From contig JBNRMN010000092.1 in assembly GCA_050309605.1 (NCBI GenBank), positions 17,928 through 81,927 on the forward strand: a stretch of 64,000 nucleotides of DNA. The letters run 5' to 3'. A program made the position numbers and the translations under genes. The notes beneath the pieces were generated by a model. The model worked only from the letters and a program-made list of their open reading frames with translations, was not told the origin of the DNA and made no database searches. Positions 40,812 to 49,979 of this stretch are shown in pieces. Source of the DNA: Anaerohalosphaeraceae bacterium (lineage in GTDB: Bacteria > Planctomycetota > Phycisphaerae > Sedimentisphaerales > Anaerohalosphaeraceae). Numbering within the stretch: the first letter of the stretch is position 1; each line of letters starts with the position of its first letter.

Positions 40812-42695
40812 TTATGTGGCGTTGTGATTCTTTTTCAGTTCATAAGTGATGGTGTAGCAGTCGCCGTCGAATTCGGTGTTGATCTTGTAGCCGGAGTTGT
40901 AAAAGATGCTCAGCATCGCTTTGTTGCTGGGCAGGACGGTGGCGTAGAAGGATTGGACCCCGCGTTCTTTGGCAACCTTGGTCAGATAATCCAGCAGCAG
41001 CGATCCCATGCCCTTGTCCTGCCATTCGTCCTGCACGATGAAGGCCACCTCGGCGACCATCGTCTTGGGGTCAAGAAAGTATTGGGCGATAGCGACGATT
41101 TCTTCTTCGCCTTCGGGGCCGGGCACCACGCCGACAATCGCCAGATTTTGATCATAATCAATATTCGTCAGTTTCTGCACATCTTTTTGCGGAAAGGTGC
41201 GGGTATGGGTAAAGTACCGCCGCCGGACGGAGGTCGGCGACAGGGAATACAGCATTTCCGCCAGCGCCGAGTCATCGGTCGGTTTGACCGGACGGAAAAA
41301 GATTTCCGTGCCGTCCCGCAGGGTGTCGTAACGTTCCAGTTCAGACGGATAGCGCACCTTGTCCCATTCGAGTTCAATCTGGTCGGGCTGGATATAGCAC
41401 TGGGCCTTGGCGGCCTGGATCAGTTCCTTGCGAAACTTCGGATGGGCGATATTGACCAGCGACAGCACCCGCTCGCGGATAGACTTGCCGTGCAGATAGG
41501 CAATGCCGTACTCGGTGACCACATAATGCACGTCGCCGCGCGTGGTGACGACCCCGGCGCCGTCGGTCAATTTGGGGACGATGCGCGACACGGTGTCGTC
41601 TTTGGCGGTGGAGGGCATGGCGATGATGGGCTTGCCGCCGCGCGACCGTGCGCAGCCGCGAATAAAATCCACCTGCCCGCCGATGCCGCTGTAAAATTTA
41701 TACCCCAATGAATCGGCGCACACCTGTCCGGTCAAATCAATCTCCAGGCCGACATTGATGCCGACCATTTTGTCGTGCTGGGCAATGATAAACGGGTCAT
41801 TGACGTACTCGGTCGGATGAAACTCAAAGAACGGGTTGTTGTTGATATAGTCGTAGAGCGTTTGCGATCCCATGCAAAAGCTGGCCACGACCTTGCCGTG
41901 ATTGATGGTTTTTTTGCTGCACGTGACCGCACCGCATTCAATCAGTTCGATGATCCAGTCGCCGAACATCTCGGTGTGCACACCCAGGTCTTTTTTGTCG
42001 TGCAGAAACTCGGCCATGGCCTGCGGAATGCGCCCGATGCCGCATTCGATGGTGCTGCCGTCCTCAATCAGCCGCCCCAGATTGCGCCCGATGCGGCGCA
42101 GCACGTCGCTGGACGCAGGCGGCTCGACGGTAATGATCGGCTCGTCATACGAAACCATTACATCAATCGAATTGACGTGGATGAAGCTGTTGCCCAGCGT
42201 CCGCGGCATCGACGGATTGACCTGAGCGATGACGAGGCGTGCATTGGCGGCGGCGGATTTGACGATGTCCACCGAGACGCCCAGACTGCACAGCCCGTTG
42301 ACATCCGGCGGGGTCACCGAGATCAGTGCCACATCCAGCGGAATCCGACCGCTTTCAAACTGACGGGGGATATCCGACAGGAAGATCGGCGTATAATCAC
42401 CGATGCCCTGTTCGAAAGCGCCGCGCACGTTTTCGGCGATGAAAAAGCTGTTCATCTTGAATTTTTCACGGAAGTGTTCGTTGGCGTACGGCGCTTCGCC
42501 CATCGTCAGCAGGTGAATGATATGCGCATCATAGATGTGATCGCCGTGTTCAATCAGCGCACGCACCAGATGCTGCGGCTGGCCGCAGCCGGTGCCGATA
42601 AAAATCGAATCACCCGATTTGACCTGCTGCATCGCCTCGCGCGCCGACATCATCAAGTGGCCGTAACGTGTTTTCCAGTCAAATGGTTCCATCAT
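40812..42695 (-). CDS. Acetyl-CoA hydrolase/transferase fused to C-terminal GNAT domain
   Basis: SLGVSVD, GIGRIP, LGVHTEMF, EIDLTGQVCADS, SGIGGQVDF, VVTEYGIA; then FRPVKPTD, AEVAFIVQDEWQDKGMGS, NKAM. Confidence 0.92.
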   Translation of the reverse strand: MMEPFDWKTRYGHLMMSAREAMQQVKSGDSIFIGTGCGQPQHLVRALIEHGDHIYDAHIIHLLTMGEAPYANEHFREKFKMNSFFIAENVRGAFEQGIGDYTPIFLSDIPRQFESGRIPLDVALISVTPPDVNGLCSLGVSVDIVKSAAANARLVIAQVNPSMPRTLGNSFIHVNSIDVMVSYDEPIITVEPPASSDVLRRIGRNLGRLIEDGSTIECGIGRIPQAMAEFLHDKKDLGVHTEMFGDWIIELIECGAVTCSKKTINHGKVVASFCMGSQTLYDYINNNPFFEFHPTEYVNDPFIIAQHDKMVGINVGLEIDLTGQVCADSLGYKFYSGIGGQVDFIRGCARSRGGKPIIAMPSTAKDDTVSRIVPKLTDGAGVVTTRGDVHYVVTEYGIAYLHGKSIRERVLSLVNIAHPKFRKELIQAAKAQCYIQPDQIELEWDKVRYPSELERYDTLRDGTEIFFRPVKPTDDSALAEMLYSLSPTSVRRRYFTHTRTFPQKDVQKLTNIDYDQNLAIVGVVPGPEGEEEIVAIAQYFLDPKTMVAEVAFIVQDEWQDKGMGSLLLDYLTKVAKERGVQSFYATVLPSNKAMLSIFYNSGYKINTEFDGDCYTITYELKKNHNAT

Positions 42696-42712
42696 TCATC
42701 GCCTTGTTTTTG

Positions 42713-42795
42713 GAATTAAGAATGTAGAATTGAGAATGCAAGAATTTAGGGTGGATCAGGTTTTTTTAATTCTTCGTTCTCAATTCTTCATTTTG
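42713..42795. repeat. Inverted clusters of degenerate heptamer repeats
   Basis: AATTAAG-AATGTAG-AATTGAG-AATGCAAG-AATTTAG followed by TAATTCT-TCGTTCT-CAATTCT-TCATTTT. Confidence 0.7.
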
Positions 42796-42797
42796 TT

Positions 42798-44909
42798 CTA
42801 TCGTTTTTCCAGCGTCATCATGGCGTCCACGGCAATCGGTGTTGTGCCTTCGCGTCCGACGACATACGGATTGATATCCATTTCTTTGATCTGCGGAAAT
42901 TCGGTCACCAGTTGGCTCAATCGCTGAAGCCCTTCGGCGATGGCGTCGATGTCCACGGCCGGCTGGCCGTCCGAGCCGCGAAGTAAATTGTATGTGCGGG
43001 TGCGCACCAGCATCTCGCGGGCCTCTTCGGCCGTCAGCGGGGCCGGGTAAAACACCACATCTTCCAACACCTCGACCAGTTTGCCGCCCATGCCGAACAT
43101 CATCAGCGGCCCGAATCGCGGATCGCGGTTCATGCCGAGAATCACTTCCCGCCCGGCCGTACACATCTGTTCCACGCAAATACCGAGGATATTGGCCTGC
43201 GGGACTTTTTTGGGTATGCGATACATCATCAGGTCAAACACATCCATCACTTCCTGTTCGCTGTTGACGTTGGTTTTGACCCCGCCGACCTCGGTTTTGT
43301 GCAGAATATCCGGCGACCAAATCTTCAGGACGACCGGATAGCCGATCTGGTTGGCGATATTGGCCGCCTGTTCCGGCGTGGTCGCCACGCCGCCCTGGGG
43401 CACGACAAAGCCGTAAGCTTCAAGCACTTCCTTGGTTTCCATCTCGCCGACCTCAAGCTGATTGAGCCGCAGATGCCGTTCGATAATCAGCTCCACTTTT
43501 CGCCGATTAACGTTGAACAGCTTGACGACGCGCTTGGGCCGCGACCGCCATTTGGCGTAACGGCACATAATCTTGATGGTCTTGACGGCGCTTTCGGGCG
43601 AGTCATACGGCGGCACATGACCCTGCCGCAGGATCTTGACGGCAGCGGCGACCCGACCGGCCCCCAAAAAACACGCCAGAACCGGCTTTTTGTGTCCGGA
43701 TTCGTCAACGACGCGCACGACCGCCTGGGCCGTTTCCTCGCAGGCGGTCATCGCATGGGGACTGAGCAGCACCATCGCCGCGTCAACATTCGGGTCATCC
43801 AGCACCGCGCGAAGCGCAAACTCATAGCGGTCGGCCAGGGCGTCGCCCAGCAGATCAATCGGGTTGGCGACGCTGGCGGCACGCGACAGCTCTTCGGATA
43901 AGGCCAGACGGCTCTGGGTTTCCGGCGTAAAGACGGCCAGTTCCAGATCTTCGCGTTCGATGGCATCGGTGGCCATAATCCCCGCACCGCCGGCATTGGC
44001 GATCACCGCCACACGCGGGCCTGACGGCAGCGGCTGATACGCAAACGCCCGTGCATAATCGAACTGGTCTTTGATGGATTCGCAGCGGACCACCCCGGCC
44101 CGCTCAAAGACGCATTCAAAAGCGCTTTCGACCTCGGCCAGTCGTCCGGTGTGTGAGGAGGCCGCCCGCGCCCCGGCCTCGGTAAAGCCGGCCTTCATCA
44201 GTAAAATGGGTTTTTGCCGGCTGATCCGCTCGGCGGCACGGATAAAGGCGTCGCCGTCAGCGATGGTTTCCAGATAGCCGGCGATAACGTTCGTCTCGTT
44301 GTCCTCGCCCAAGGCACGAATCAGAGTCAGTTCATCGACATCGGCCTTGTTGCCGATACTGACGAGCTTGCTGAACCCCAGCCCTGTTTCCCTTGCCATA
44401 TCCACAATCGCCGCCAGCAGCGAGCCGGACTGAGAAAAATAGCCGATGCCGCCGGAATTGGGCAGTGATCCGCCGAAACTGGCGTTCAGTTTGTTGGCCG
44501 GGACCATGGTACCGATGCAGTTGGGGCCGATGATGCGGATACCCGCGGATTTAGCGATACGCAATATCGATTGTTCCAGTTCCGCCCCTTCCGGCCCGAT
44601 CTCCTTAAAGCCCGACGAGATAATTAAAACCGCCTTGACGCCGATATCGGCGCAATCCTGCATGATTTTAGGCACATGCTTGGCCGCCACCACGACAATG
44701 ACCAAATCAGGGGCTTGGCCGATGGATTTCAGATCGGCAAAGGCCTTCAACCCCTGCACTTGCTGATGCTTCGGATTGACGGGAAAGACCGCCCCTTCGT
44801 AGCCGTCCCGCAGCAAACCGGCCAATATCTCATAGCCGACCTTGCCTTTTTGGCAGGACGCACCGACAATCGCCACCGAGCGGGGATTAAAAAAAGCGTC
44901 CAGACTCAT
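42798..44909 (-). CDS. Acetate--CoA ligase (ADP-forming) family, fused alpha/beta
   Basis: PRSVAIVGAS, IIGPNC, SQSG, SIGNKAD, ASSHTG (catalytic His present), NAGG, NPIDL, HKTEVGGV, DINP. Confidence 0.92.
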   Translation of the reverse strand: MSLDAFFNPRSVAIVGASCQKGKVGYEILAGLLRDGYEGAVFPVNPKHQQVQGLKAFADLKSIGQAPDLVIVVVAAKHVPKIMQDCADIGVKAVLIISSGFKEIGPEGAELEQSILRIAKSAGIRIIGPNCIGTMVPANKLNASFGGSLPNSGGIGYFSQSGSLLAAIVDMARETGLGFSKLVSIGNKADVDELTLIRALGEDNETNVIAGYLETIADGDAFIRAAERISRQKPILLMKAGFTEAGARAASSHTGRLAEVESAFECVFERAGVVRCESIKDQFDYARAFAYQPLPSGPRVAVIANAGGAGIMATDAIEREDLELAVFTPETQSRLALSEELSRAASVANPIDLLGDALADRYEFALRAVLDDPNVDAAMVLLSPHAMTACEETAQAVVRVVDESGHKKPVLACFLGAGRVAAAVKILRQGHVPPYDSPESAVKTIKIMCRYAKWRSRPKRVVKLFNVNRRKVELIIERHLRLNQLEVGEMETKEVLEAYGFVVPQGGVATTPEQAANIANQIGYPVVLKIWSPDILHKTEVGGVKTNVNSEQEVMDVFDLMMYRIPKKVPQANILGICVEQMCTAGREVILGMNRDPRFGPLMMFGMGGKLVEVLEDVVFYPAPLTAEEAREMLVRTRTYNLLRGSDGQPAVDIDAIAEGLQRLSQLVTEFPQIKEMDINPYVVGREGTTPIAVDAMMTLEKR

Positions 44910-45165
44910 AGATTCTCTTATCCATTCAGGGTCGTCAATGCCCGTTTTGTCGCCGATTCGAATCCATCCGGTTTTTTATATCGGGCATCCGGGCCTTTGT
45001 AAAGCGTTTTTGTCCCTTCGGTGTCGTTTTTGGGAACAATCAAACACAACGACGGCACTCTAAAAGGGTTTTCGGCGTTTAGCCGGTCTGTTGTGAAGGA
45101 ATAACGCCCGATACGATCGGTCTTCGCGTGAAAAGGGAAATTTTTCTTTATTTTCATATTTTTTG

Positions 45166-45215
45166 TTGAACAAAGTGGAGCCGAATGGTAATATACGACT
45201 GAACGAATCGTACTT
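45166..45215 (+). promoter_or_regulatory. Sigma70 promoter overlapped by putative Rrf2/IscR-type operator
   Basis: TTGAAC-N17-TAATAT; overlapping 25-mer ATATACGACTGAACGAATCGTACTT (45191-45215) with a TACGA/TCGTA inverted repeat. Confidence 0.55.
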
Positions 45216-45226
45216 AAGGTATTAGT

Positions 45227-45691
45227 ATGAAAATATCCAGGAAAACTGATTACGCCCTGCGCGCCTTGTTTACGCTGGTCGAACAGTATCAGCGCGGGCC
45301 GGTTTCCATTCGTGAGCTGGCCCTCCGAAACGATGTGCCAAAGCGGTTTCTGGAGCAGATTATGCTTGAGATGAAGGTCAAAGGCTGGGTCGCCAGCGTG
45401 ATGGGCAAGCAAGGCGGCTATGTGCTGGCCACATCGCCCGACGCGATCACCGCCGGCCAGGTGGTGCGCCACTTTGACGGCGTCATGTCGCCGATTGCCT
45501 GCGTGTCGGTCCATCACTACCAACCGTGCAGTCAAGAGCCGATCTGTCGGTTTCGCCGGTTGTTTCTGGATGTGCGCAATCACGCTTCGCGCCTGCTTGA
45601 ATCGGCCACGCTTGCAAGCCTTTATCAGGGCAAGCCCGTCCAGCCGGAAGAAGTGTTTGCACTGGAACTGACCGGCGGGGCAGGAATCTAA
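45227..45691 (+). CDS. Rrf2 family transcriptional regulator (CymR/IscR-like, three Cys)
   Basis: [29 protein letters not shown]-x8-C-x5-C. Confidence 0.93.
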   Translation: MKISRKTDYALRALFTLVEQYQRGPVSIRELALRNDVPKRFLEQIMLEMKVKGWVASVMGKQGGYVLATSPDAITAGQVVRHFDGVMSPIACVSVHHYQPCSQEPICRFRRLFLDVRNHASRLLESATLASLYQGKPVQPEEVFALELTGGAGI

Positions 45692-45783
45692 GCTGCTCGG
45701 TCGCGGAACAGATGAAGAACAATCACCGTCGAAACGAGAACAAACGCAGAGAAATGAATCATATTCAAGGAAAGGGTCACATT

Positions 45784-46731
45784 ATGGCGGGTTACTATCA
45801 GAACATCATTGAGTCCACCGGCGGTACGCCGCTGGTGAAAGTGAACAAGCTGATCAACGGCGCAACGGTACTGGCCAAGCTGGAAAGCCGCAATCCGCTG
45901 GCGTCAGTTAAAGACCGTATCGGCGTGTCGATGATCGAAGCGGCGGAAAAGGCGGGCAAGATCAATGACAAGACGGTGATCATCGAGCCGACCAGCGGGA
46001 ATACCGGCATTGCACTGGCGTTTGTCTGCGCGGCCAAGGGCTATCGGCTGCTGCTGACGATGCCCGAATCGATGAGCCTGGAGCGGCGCAAGGTGCTCAA
46101 GGCGCTCGGCGCCGAGCTGGTGCTCACGCCGGCGGCCGGCGGGATGAAAGGCGCCGTGGCTACGGCCTTCGAGATCGCCGAGTCGGAAAAGAATGCGTTC
46201 GTGCCCCAGCAGTTTGAAAATCCGGCCAATCCGGAAGTCCATCGTCGCACGACCGCCGAGGAAATCTGGGCCGATACCCACGGCAGCATCGATTATCTGA
46301 TCTCCGGCGTCGGCACCGGCGGAACGATCACCGGCGTAGCCGAAGCCATTAAATCGCGCAAGCCGGATTTCAAGGCCGTGGCCGTCGAGCCGGCTCAAAG
46401 CCCCGTGCTGACCCAGACGCTGGCCGGACAGGAACTTAAACCCGGCCCGCACAAGATTCAGGGCATCGGCGCCGGATTCGTACCAAAGGTGCTGAATCTG
46501 AAGATCATTGATGAGGTGGTGACGGTCGATCAGGATGAGGCCGTTGACTGGGCGCGTCGGGCGGCCAAACTGGAAGGGCTGTTTATCGGTATCTCGTCCG
46601 GCGCAGCGCTGCGGGCGGCGGACATCGTGGCGTCCCGACCGGAAAACAAAGACAAGGTCATCGTCGCGATCATTCCCAGCTTCGGCGAACGGTACTTGTC
46701 CTCGGTGTTGTTTGCGGATATTATTGCGTAG
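45784..46731 (+). CDS. cysK: Cysteine synthase A
   Basis: [53 protein letters not shown]. Confidence 0.97.
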   Translation: MAGYYQNIIESTGGTPLVKVNKLINGATVLAKLESRNPLASVKDRIGVSMIEAAEKAGKINDKTVIIEPTSGNTGIALAFVCAAKGYRLLLTMPESMSLERRKVLKALGAELVLTPAAGGMKGAVATAFEIAESEKNAFVPQQFENPANPEVHRRTTAEEIWADTHGSIDYLISGVGTGGTITGVAEAIKSRKPDFKAVAVEPAQSPVLTQTLAGQELKPGPHKIQGIGAGFVPKVLNLKIIDEVVTVDQDEAVDWARRAAKLEGLFIGISSGAALRAADIVASRPENKDKVIVAIIPSFGERYLSSVLFADIIA

Positions 46732-46752
46732 CGATGTAGTGTGTGAATGCCC

Positions 46753-46888
46753 GTCCGGCCCACTGGCGGCGCTGGGTTGTTGCGACAATAGCGCGGCCGC
46801 GCAAGCGGCCCGATATGCGATATGGACAGAGTAAAACATTTGAGATAGCGTGGCGTAATCCGGCTCACTGGCGCCGCTCGGCTTTTGT
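46753..46888. repeat. Dispersed REP-pair copy inside the sulfur operon
   Basis: ACAATAGCGCGGCCGCGCAAGCGGCCCGATA...TAATCCGGCTCACTGGCGCCGCTCGGCT, with a third spacer type. Confidence 0.85.
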
Positions 46889-46900
46889 TTAGGAGAATGT

Positions 46901-48049
46901 ATGAAATTTGCGACCAAAGCGATTCGGGTCGGTCAGGAACCGGATCCGACAACCGGCGCGGTGAACGTGCCGATTTATCAAACGGCGAATTTTGTCTTCA
47001 GGGAGGTCGGCCAACCCAATGCCTTTGAATATTCGCGCAGCGGCAATCCGACCCGCAGCGCCTATGAGACATGTTTAGCGGCGCTGGAAGAGGGCCAGTA
47101 CGGCCTGGCGTTCGGCTCCGGCATGGCGGCGGTGGATGCGGCGCTGTCGGTGCTGCGCCCCGGCGATCATATCGTCAGTTCCGAGAATATTTACGGCGGG
47201 ACGTTTCGGCTGTTTGAAGGCGTCGCCGCCGGCCGCGGCATTCGCCTGACGTATGTGGACGGTACGCAGCCGGAGGCGTTTGAGGCGGCCATTGAAGAGA
47301 ACACAAAAATGATCTGGATCGAAACGCCTGCCAATCCGCTGCTGCAACTGGTGGATGTGCGGGCGGTCGCGGCCATCGCCAAACGGTATCATATCCTGCT
47401 GGCCGCGGACAACACGTTTTCCTCGCCGTTCTTTCAGCGTCCGCTGACCCAGGGCGCCGACGTGGTCATTCACAGCACGACCAAATACATCAGCGGCCAT
47501 TCCGATGTCATCGGCGGGGCGGTGGTAACCGGCGATGCCGCGCTGCACGAACGGCTGGCCTATTACCAGAATACCGTCGGGGCCGTGCCCGGGCCGTTCG
47601 ACTGCTGGCTGAGTTTGCGCGGCCTCAAGACGCTGGCGGTGCGGATGAAAAAACACGAAGAAAACGCACTGGCCGTTGCCCGCTGGCTCGAAGCCCAAAC
47701 GACCGTCGAAGGGGTCGTCTATCCGGGACTGCCGTCGCATCCTCAATATGCGCTGGCCAAAGACCAAATGGATGGATTCGGGGCAATCATCACGTTTCGA
47801 CTGCCGGGCGGCTTGAAGGCGGTCGAACGCTTTGCCAAGGGGCTGGACATCTTTCTGTTTGCCGAGAGTCTGGGCGGCGTCGAGTCGCTGGTCTGCCACC
47901 CCTGGACGATGAGCCACGGCGTGATGAGTCCCGACGACAAGCAAAAAATCGGTATCACCGAAGGAACGATTCGATTATCCATCGGTATTGAAGATGCCGA
48001 CGATTTGATCGCCGATCTTGAGAAGGCCTTGAAACAAACCGTTCAATGA
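46901..48049 (+). CDS. Cystathionine gamma-synthase/lyase (Cys/Met metabolism PLP enzyme)
   Basis: YSRSGNPTR, SGMAA, ETPANP, DNTF, HSTTKYISGHSD, AESLGGVESL, RLSIGIED. Confidence 0.93.
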   Translation: MKFATKAIRVGQEPDPTTGAVNVPIYQTANFVFREVGQPNAFEYSRSGNPTRSAYETCLAALEEGQYGLAFGSGMAAVDAALSVLRPGDHIVSSENIYGGTFRLFEGVAAGRGIRLTYVDGTQPEAFEAAIEENTKMIWIETPANPLLQLVDVRAVAAIAKRYHILLAADNTFSSPFFQRPLTQGADVVIHSTTKYISGHSDVIGGAVVTGDAALHERLAYYQNTVGAVPGPFDCWLSLRGLKTLAVRMKKHEENALAVARWLEAQTTVEGVVYPGLPSHPQYALAKDQMDGFGAIITFRLPGGLKAVERFAKGLDIFLFAESLGGVESLVCHPWTMSHGVMSPDDKQKIGITEGTIRLSIGIEDADDLIADLEKALKQTVQ

Positions 48050-49128
48050 CAACCCCACTCAACAAAAACAAGGTCCTTGTCGCGCTGAGCGGCGGGGTGG
48101 ATTCGGCCGCGGCGGCGGTGCTGCTGAGCCGGGCGGGTATGGAGGTCTGTGCGGTGTTTATCTGCCTTCAGCAGGAACGCACTGGCCAACCGTCCGAACG
48201 GTCGTGCTGCTCGCCGCAGGATGCCGCCGATGCCGCCGCGGTTGCCGCACGGCTGGGCATCGATTTTCAGACGCTCGACGGCAACGACGAAATGACGCAG
48301 ATCAAAGGCGCTTTTGTGCGCGCCTATGTCGAGGGCAAGACCCCCAATCCGTGCATCGCCTGCAATCGACTCATTAAATTCGGCAAGCTGTTTGGTCTGG
48401 CCGATGAACTCGGCGCCCGGTACGTCGCAACCGGCCACTACGCCGCGCTGACCGAAACCGGCAATGGGGTTTCGCTCGAACGCGCCACGGCAGCGGATAA
48501 AGATCAGTCGTATGTGCTGTTTGATATTCCGCGGTCGCGGCTGGAGCGTATTCGCTTTCCGCTGGGTACGCTCAAAAACAAGCAGCAGGCGCGCGCCCTG
48601 GTCAAAGACGCCGGACTGGTCGTCCACGACAAACCCGACAGCCAGGAGATTTGTTTTGTGCCGCAGGATGACTATCGGTTGTTTCTTGCAGGACGGGCTG
48701 ACCGCGCCTTGCAGCCGGGGCCGATTCTGGATGAGGCGGGCAATGTGCTGGGCACGCACAACGGCTATGGACAATTTACCATTGGTCAGCGCCGCGGTAT
48801 TCGTATCGCCGCGGCAAAGCCGCTGTATGTAGTGGGCATCAATCCCGAACAGTGCAGCATCACCGTCGGGCCGCGCGAATCGCTGGCGTGCCGGGGGCTG
48901 ACGGCCTCGCGTGCCAACTGGCTGGCGGATGTGCCCGAGTCGTTTCATTGTCAAATTCAGATCCGTTATAAACATCGCGGCGTCCGCGGCGCTGTTCACC
49001 GCATCGGCGACGACCGTTTTGAGGCTGTCTTTGATGCGCCGGTTGATGCCGTGACACCCGGCCAGGCGGCGGTGTTGTATGACGGCGATACCGTTCTGGG
49101 CGGCGGCTGGATTGAGCGCGGGATGTAG
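48046..49128 (+). CDS. mnmA: tRNA 2-thiouridine(34) synthase
   Basis: ALSGGVDS, TPNPCIACN, ATGHYA, KDQSY, DSQEICF, TIGQRRG, TPGQAAV. Confidence 0.95.
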   Translation: MTTPLNKNKVLVALSGGVDSAAAAVLLSRAGMEVCAVFICLQQERTGQPSERSCCSPQDAADAAAVAARLGIDFQTLDGNDEMTQIKGAFVRAYVEGKTPNPCIACNRLIKFGKLFGLADELGARYVATGHYAALTETGNGVSLERATAADKDQSYVLFDIPRSRLERIRFPLGTLKNKQQARALVKDAGLVVHDKPDSQEICFVPQDDYRLFLAGRADRALQPGPILDEAGNVLGTHNGYGQFTIGQRRGIRIAAAKPLYVVGINPEQCSITVGPRESLACRGLTASRANWLADVPESFHCQIQIRYKHRGVRGAVHRIGDDRFEAVFDAPVDAVTPGQAAVLYDGDTVLGGGWIERGM

Positions 49129-49168
49129 AATTGAGAATTGAGGATGTAGGATTGGGTATTGGGAATAG
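49122..49168 (+). repeat. Degenerate heptamer tandem repeats
   Basis: GATGTAG-AATTGAG-AATTGAG-GATGTAG-GATTGGG-TATTGGG; same family as 42713..42795. Confidence 0.7.
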
Positions 49169-49190
49169 TCGAGGTGAAAGCCAAAGGCAG

Positions 49191-49979
49191 ATGACCTCAA
49201 AACGATATGCACGACAAATCGCCTTTACCGCATTCGGCGCCGAAGGGCAAAGACGGCTGGCCGAAAGCTCCGTCCTGGTCGTCGGCGCGGGGGGCTTAGG
49301 TTCCTGGGCGGCTGACTTGCTGGTGCGCGCCGGCGTGGGACATCTGCGGCTATGTGATGATGACAGCGTGGAGCTGTCCAATCTGCATCGCCAGTCGCTC
49401 TATACCGAGCAGGACGCGGCGGCGTGTCCGTTGAAGGCAGAAGCGGCCGCGGCGCGGCTGCGGGCAATCAACAGCGAATGCCGCATTGAGCCGTTCGTCG
49501 AGCGGATTGATCACCTGACGATTCACCGCGCGGCCAAAGGCGTCCATGTGATCGTGGACGGTACGGACAATTTTCCCACGCGGTTTCTGCTGAACGACTA
49601 TGCCGTCAAATACGGCATTCCCTGGGTCTCAGCCGGGGTGATGGAAGGCCAGGGACAGGTGCTGACGTTGATCCCCGGCACAACGCCCTGCCTGCGGTGC
49701 ATCATTCCATCTGTTCCACCGTGCTGCGGCGAGGATGACGCACAGGGCAACGTCTGCTGTCAGTTCGGCGTACTCGGCCCGGCCGTGGCCGCGATCAGCG
49801 CCATGCAGGCGGCCGAAGCGATCAAACTGCTGTCCGGCCATATCGCACAGGCCAACCCAATGATGGTCAAATTTGATTTCTGGGACAATACGATACAGCG
49901 TATCGCCTTATCCAAGCTGCGGCCAAGCACGCCGTGTCCCTGTTGCGGCCAAAACGAGTATGAATACCTTGAACCCTGA
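49191..49979 (+). CDS. ThiF/MoeB family adenylyltransferase
   Basis: RYARQ, VVGAGGLGS, SNLHRQ, DGTDN, PCLRC, CPCC. Confidence 0.92.
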   Translation: MTSKRYARQIAFTAFGAEGQRRLAESSVLVVGAGGLGSWAADLLVRAGVGHLRLCDDDSVELSNLHRQSLYTEQDAAACPLKAEAAAARLRAINSECRIEPFVERIDHLTIHRAAKGVHVIVDGTDNFPTRFLLNDYAVKYGIPWVSAGVMEGQGQVLTLIPGTTPCLRCIIPSVPPCCGEDDAQGNVCCQFGVLGPAVAAISAMQAAEAIKLLSGHIAQANPMMVKFDFWDNTIQRIALSKLRPSTPCPCCGQNEYEYLEP

